Source of the DNA: Amoebophrya sp. A120
Lineage: Eukaryota > Protista > Dinoflagellata
Length of the DNA: 64,000 nucleotides
Assembly: GCA_905178155.1 (NCBI GenBank)
Contig: CAJINV010000010.1
Coordinates: 1,160,709 to 1,224,708 of the forward strand
Reading direction: 5' to 3'
Part shown: positions 61,501 through 64,000 of the stretch, one piece after another
Layout: each line of letters starts with the position of its first letter
Numbering within the stretch: the stretch's first letter is position 1
Position numbers and translations under genes: made by a program
The notes under the pieces: model-generated
The model's input: the letters and a program-made list of their open reading frames with translations, nothing else
Databases searched by the model: none
Told to the model about the DNA's origin: nothing

Positions 61501-64000
61501 AGGACAAGAGATTCCTACCCGGCAAGCAGCTCTACGAGGAGATTATCGCGGCGAAAGAGATTGACGTTTCCGCTGCTGGCGTTGGTCCTCGTGGGCAACA
61601 TCTTCATTCTGAAACGTCGGCACTGATGATGAGCTCGTTCACGAAGCAACTGATTTGCGACCCGGGGTACGAGGTTTTGCATGCGGAGTTGATTTGCGCT
61701 GCGGGGGATGCAGTACAGGGGGTGTACAAGGAGAGGTTAGATGACGACATGATCGTCGAAAAAATCGACTGTTTCCCCAAAGAGCGCTACTGCCCGGCTT
61801 TGGTAATTTACCCAAGTGGGATGGAAAACCCGGTCAACGCCTTGAACGCGAAAATCGTGGAGACTGCGAAATTATCTCTCCACGCGAGTTACACGGAAAG
61901 CCAGCTGTCGTCTCTCTGCTCCCCCGGGTTCGAGTATACAGGATTGGGCATGGCGAATAAGTTGAAGTGCGAGGAGAAGGATGAACAAGAGGGCGCTTGG
62001 ACGGTCACTGGAGTTGCAACTGCTGGCGCAAGTTCATCTGCCATCGAATTCGCCAGATCGACCGTTGTTTGCACTAGGAAGCAGTCGAGCAAGCAGCCGT
62101 CGATTCCGAACGCGAAGATCAGACTTCCGAATGCTTTTCTACCCCACCTTCCCATGGAAATGCTTCCTGGAGCAAGTGCAAGCGGCTTGGAGAAGCTCGC
62201 GAATATGCTTCCAGCCTGGAAATACGGCGACAGGCGGGAGTTCAGCTGTGATTTGGGGTACAAGACGAAGTGGGACCAGAGTCAGGCCTTCAACATCGTC
62301 TACGATTTAGCGCAGGACGGGGAGTTAGATTACTTCGTGACAAAAGCGGACAGTGCTGCTACAGCACCAACAAGCACGAGTCCTGGAGGAGCCACAACGT
62401 TCTCAAAGCCAGCTTCTACCGCCAGCACCATCTTGGAACGGTTCGACGAATCGAAAAGCAATGACTACTGTGTGAAACTTATCAACTACTGTCCGCCCAT
62501 GCAGCAAACCGAGGATTTGACACCAAGAGTCGTTCCTAACAGTGCAACAATCTTAGTGTCCGACGCGGTCGAGGGGATAAACGCGGCTGGTGCTCCGAGT
62601 AAAAGGGTGCTAGGGGATAAAGCGGAGTTGCAGTGCGCGAAACCGTACGCGTTTGAGATTGTCGAAGCGAAGATGTCGAAGAAACAAGTGCTGCAGCTGA
62701 AGAAAGTTGCGAAAGGACAAAGCAAGCTGCAACTCACCTGTGTTGCGAAAACCGCAAGTGTTGGTGAGTGGGTGTTTGACGATAAAAGCATGAACGAGAA
62801 GGATTTGAAGTGCGTACCGGTTTCCGACTACTGCCCAGATCTGCGAGGGTTCGTCAGCGCCACGAAGCAAATCGCAAGTCAGCTGGACACAACCGCGGTG
62901 ATAAAGCAGCAAAGTTGGCGCGGGCGGTCGTTGCCAGAAGAGTGGGCGGAGCGGGAATATTTTACGGATTCGGTTTACCAATTGAAGTGCAAAACAGGGT
63001 TGGAACTGGTTCCAGTGCTGCAAACAGCGACGACTTCAGGTGGTGGAACAACTGCAGCAACCGCTGGAGATGAGAGGACACTTGCCACAGGACCTGGACT
63101 TAATTCTGCCGTGTTATCTTTTGAAACAACGGTAGAGTGCAATGAGAGGGAGACGCAATACGTTTTAAAAACAGCAAGCTCCTCGAGCAAGCCGCTAAAA
63201 CTCACTGCCGACACCCAGCTCTGCCGGCCGATTTCAAACTACTGCAAACCCATGTCCACCGAGCAGATCCAAATCAAAGTGTTGTCTGTCGGGGACTTTT
63301 CTGGGTACAACGATCGAATTGCGTTTTCCCTCAAAGGAGCAAAGTTGGGCGAAGTTATCGAAATGGAAAACAACAAGATCTGCCTCCATGGTTTCGGATC
63401 TTATCGACCTAATTCGGTGGATGCAAACAAGAAAATCAACTTTCAGTGCCAGGAAGACGGTAGCTTCTCCGGGTTGGAACAGGTGAACTGCCAACCGCAC
63501 CAGTGCACGGCCTTGGAACATCTACGGGCAGCGAAAGGAGTAAGTAGGAACTTCATCCAGGTGTCGCCAGACCCCAACTCGAAGGAACATTTGAAATTCA
63601 TGGAAACGTTGGAATTAGAGTGTCTCAGCGGGTACCAGAATTCTGAGAATTCCTTCACGAAACAGTGCTCCTGTTCCGCGTCGGCTGACAATAGCAAGGG
63701 AGTGTTGGTTGAGAACCCGAATAGCAATCATGGGTCGTCTGCAGAAACAGATCAACAAGACGCCTGTTCAAAATTAGAAACAGGCGACACAAGCTCGATT
63801 TGCGCGGAAGAAAACTTGAACTTCTGCCCCGCGGTAGATGTCGCTGCGGCCACAGCTGATAGTACTGTTTCACAAGAAGAAAGCTTCATCGTGGAAGCCA
63901 CCGTTCCGAGCGGGAAATACCAACAAGAAACCACCCTGAGCTGCAAACCCGGCTACGTGTTTGCGAGTACGAGTGACGATGCTCTGACTAGCGACTCTTC
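43561..64000 (+). CDS. Giant (>4,800 aa, incomplete) multi-pass membrane protein with vWA-like, possible beta-trefoil-like, EGF-like and Sushi/CCP-like modules
   Basis: One continuous frame after removing 25 introners and GT-AG intron 53880-54185 (about 14.45 kb coding in window). PVDVVFLLDSS (vWA first strand), three TM segments, YSCFCDIGY (EGF-like), many C-x-x-G-(Y/F) modules after 60 kb; no stop before the window end. Confidence 0.75.
45592..45862. mobile_element. Introner, family A
   Basis: DR GAGGA/GAGGA. Confidence 0.9.
46028..46176. mobile_element. Introner, family B
   Basis: DR GCTGC/GCTGC. Confidence 0.9.
46272..46515. mobile_element. Introner, family E
   Basis: DR CGTGC/CGTGC. 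Confidence 0.9.
46585..46737. mobile_element. Introner, family B
   Basis: DR GACAC/GACAC. Confidence 0.9.
46812..47090. mobile_element. Introner, family C
   Basis: DR TTGGG/TTGGG. Confidence 0.9.
48900..49135. mobile_element. Introner, family E
   Basis: DR CACTA/CACTA. Confidence 0.9.
49181..49434. mobile_element. Introner, family A
   Basis: DR TTGCT/TTGCT; inverted relative to 19168-19439. Confidence 0.92.
50451..50595. mobile_element. Introner, family B
   Basis: DR GTTTT/GTTTT. Confidence 0.9.
50649..50855. mobile_element. Introner, family L
   Basis: TATGGAACAAAAAAAGTTCGTCA / TGACAAACTTTTTTCTCTCCATA; DR TGTAC/TGTAC. Confidence 0.88.
52133..52386. mobile_element. Introner, family A
   Basis: DR GGGGG/GGGGG; close relative of 20313-20569. 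Confidence 0.92.
53015..53328. mobile_element. Introner, family F (ends ATG)
   Basis: DR AATTC/AATTC. Confidence 0.9.
53404..53612. mobile_element. Introner, family J
   Basis: TATCG..TGTTTCACTGTAA / TTACAGCGAAACA..CGATA; DR GATGA/GATGA. Confidence 0.88.
53677..53832. mobile_element. Introner, family B
   Basis: DR AGTGT/GTTGT. Confidence 0.88.
54457..54608. mobile_element. Introner, family B
   Basis: DR CAGTC/CAGTC. Confidence 0.9.
55214..55522. mobile_element. Introner, family C
   Basis: DR ATCGA/ATCGA. Confidence 0.9.
55769..55978. mobile_element. Introner, family D
   Basis: DR CACGA/CACGA; homologous to 10840-11053. Confidence 0.92.
56046..56202. mobile_element. Introner, family B
   Basis: DR GCTGA/ATTGA. 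Confidence 0.88.
56349..56654. mobile_element. Introner, family I (interior related to F)
   Basis: TATGA.AGCCTCAGAATGGAAAT.CTCAAAGTGGAAAT TIR; DR CCCGA/CCCGA. Confidence 0.92.
56708..57014. mobile_element. Introner, family F
   Basis: DR GATCG/GATCG. Confidence 0.92.
57917..58178. mobile_element. Introner, family A
   Basis: DR CCCGA/CCCCA; inverted relative to 45592-45862. Confidence 0.9.
58231..58389. mobile_element. Introner, family B
   Basis: DR ATTTC/ATTTC. Confidence 0.9.
58444..58712. mobile_element. Introner, family A
   Basis: DR AACGG/CAGGG. Confidence 0.87.
58759..58917. mobile_element. Introner, family B
   Basis: DR CGCAC/CGCAC. Confidence 0.9.
59612..59871. mobile_element. Introner, family A
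   Basis: About 30-bp TIR; DR TGTCA/TGTCA. Confidence 0.92.
61010..61144. mobile_element. Introner, family B
   Basis: DR GATTT/GATTT. Confidence 0.9.

Overview
Eukaryotic genomic DNA. By architecture it is most likely an Amoebophrya-like (Syndiniales) alveolate; this is an inference, no database search was run. All recognisable genes lie on the + strand: a nucleotide-sugar transporter, a coiled-coil protein, a LicD-domain protein, a 6-phosphogluconolactonase-type beta-propeller, a disrupted Cys-rich gene, a TGYTSSSSDD-repeat protein, and a >4,800-aa vWA/TM/EGF/Sushi-like protein running off the right end. The dominant feature is about 54 complete 135-410 bp elements in about 13 sequence families, all inside coding sequence. 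Each has the form 5-bp direct repeat / TAT...terminal inverted repeat...ATA / 5-bp direct repeat. Removing the element plus one repeat copy restores the reading frame in the intact genes, so they behave as non-GT-AG introner introns. They occur in both orientations and share a TGTNATGC motif. Also present: several GT-AG introns, two larger non-autonomous TIR elements (5-bp and 8-bp TSD), an LTR-like insertion nested in an introner, and a 26.6-35.2 kb mosaic of gene fragments punctuated by a one-ended dispersed repeat. No transposase, rRNA, tRNA or CRISPR was found. Coordinates were read by hand and may be off by a base or two. Family letters A-M are my own labels; DR = direct repeat.
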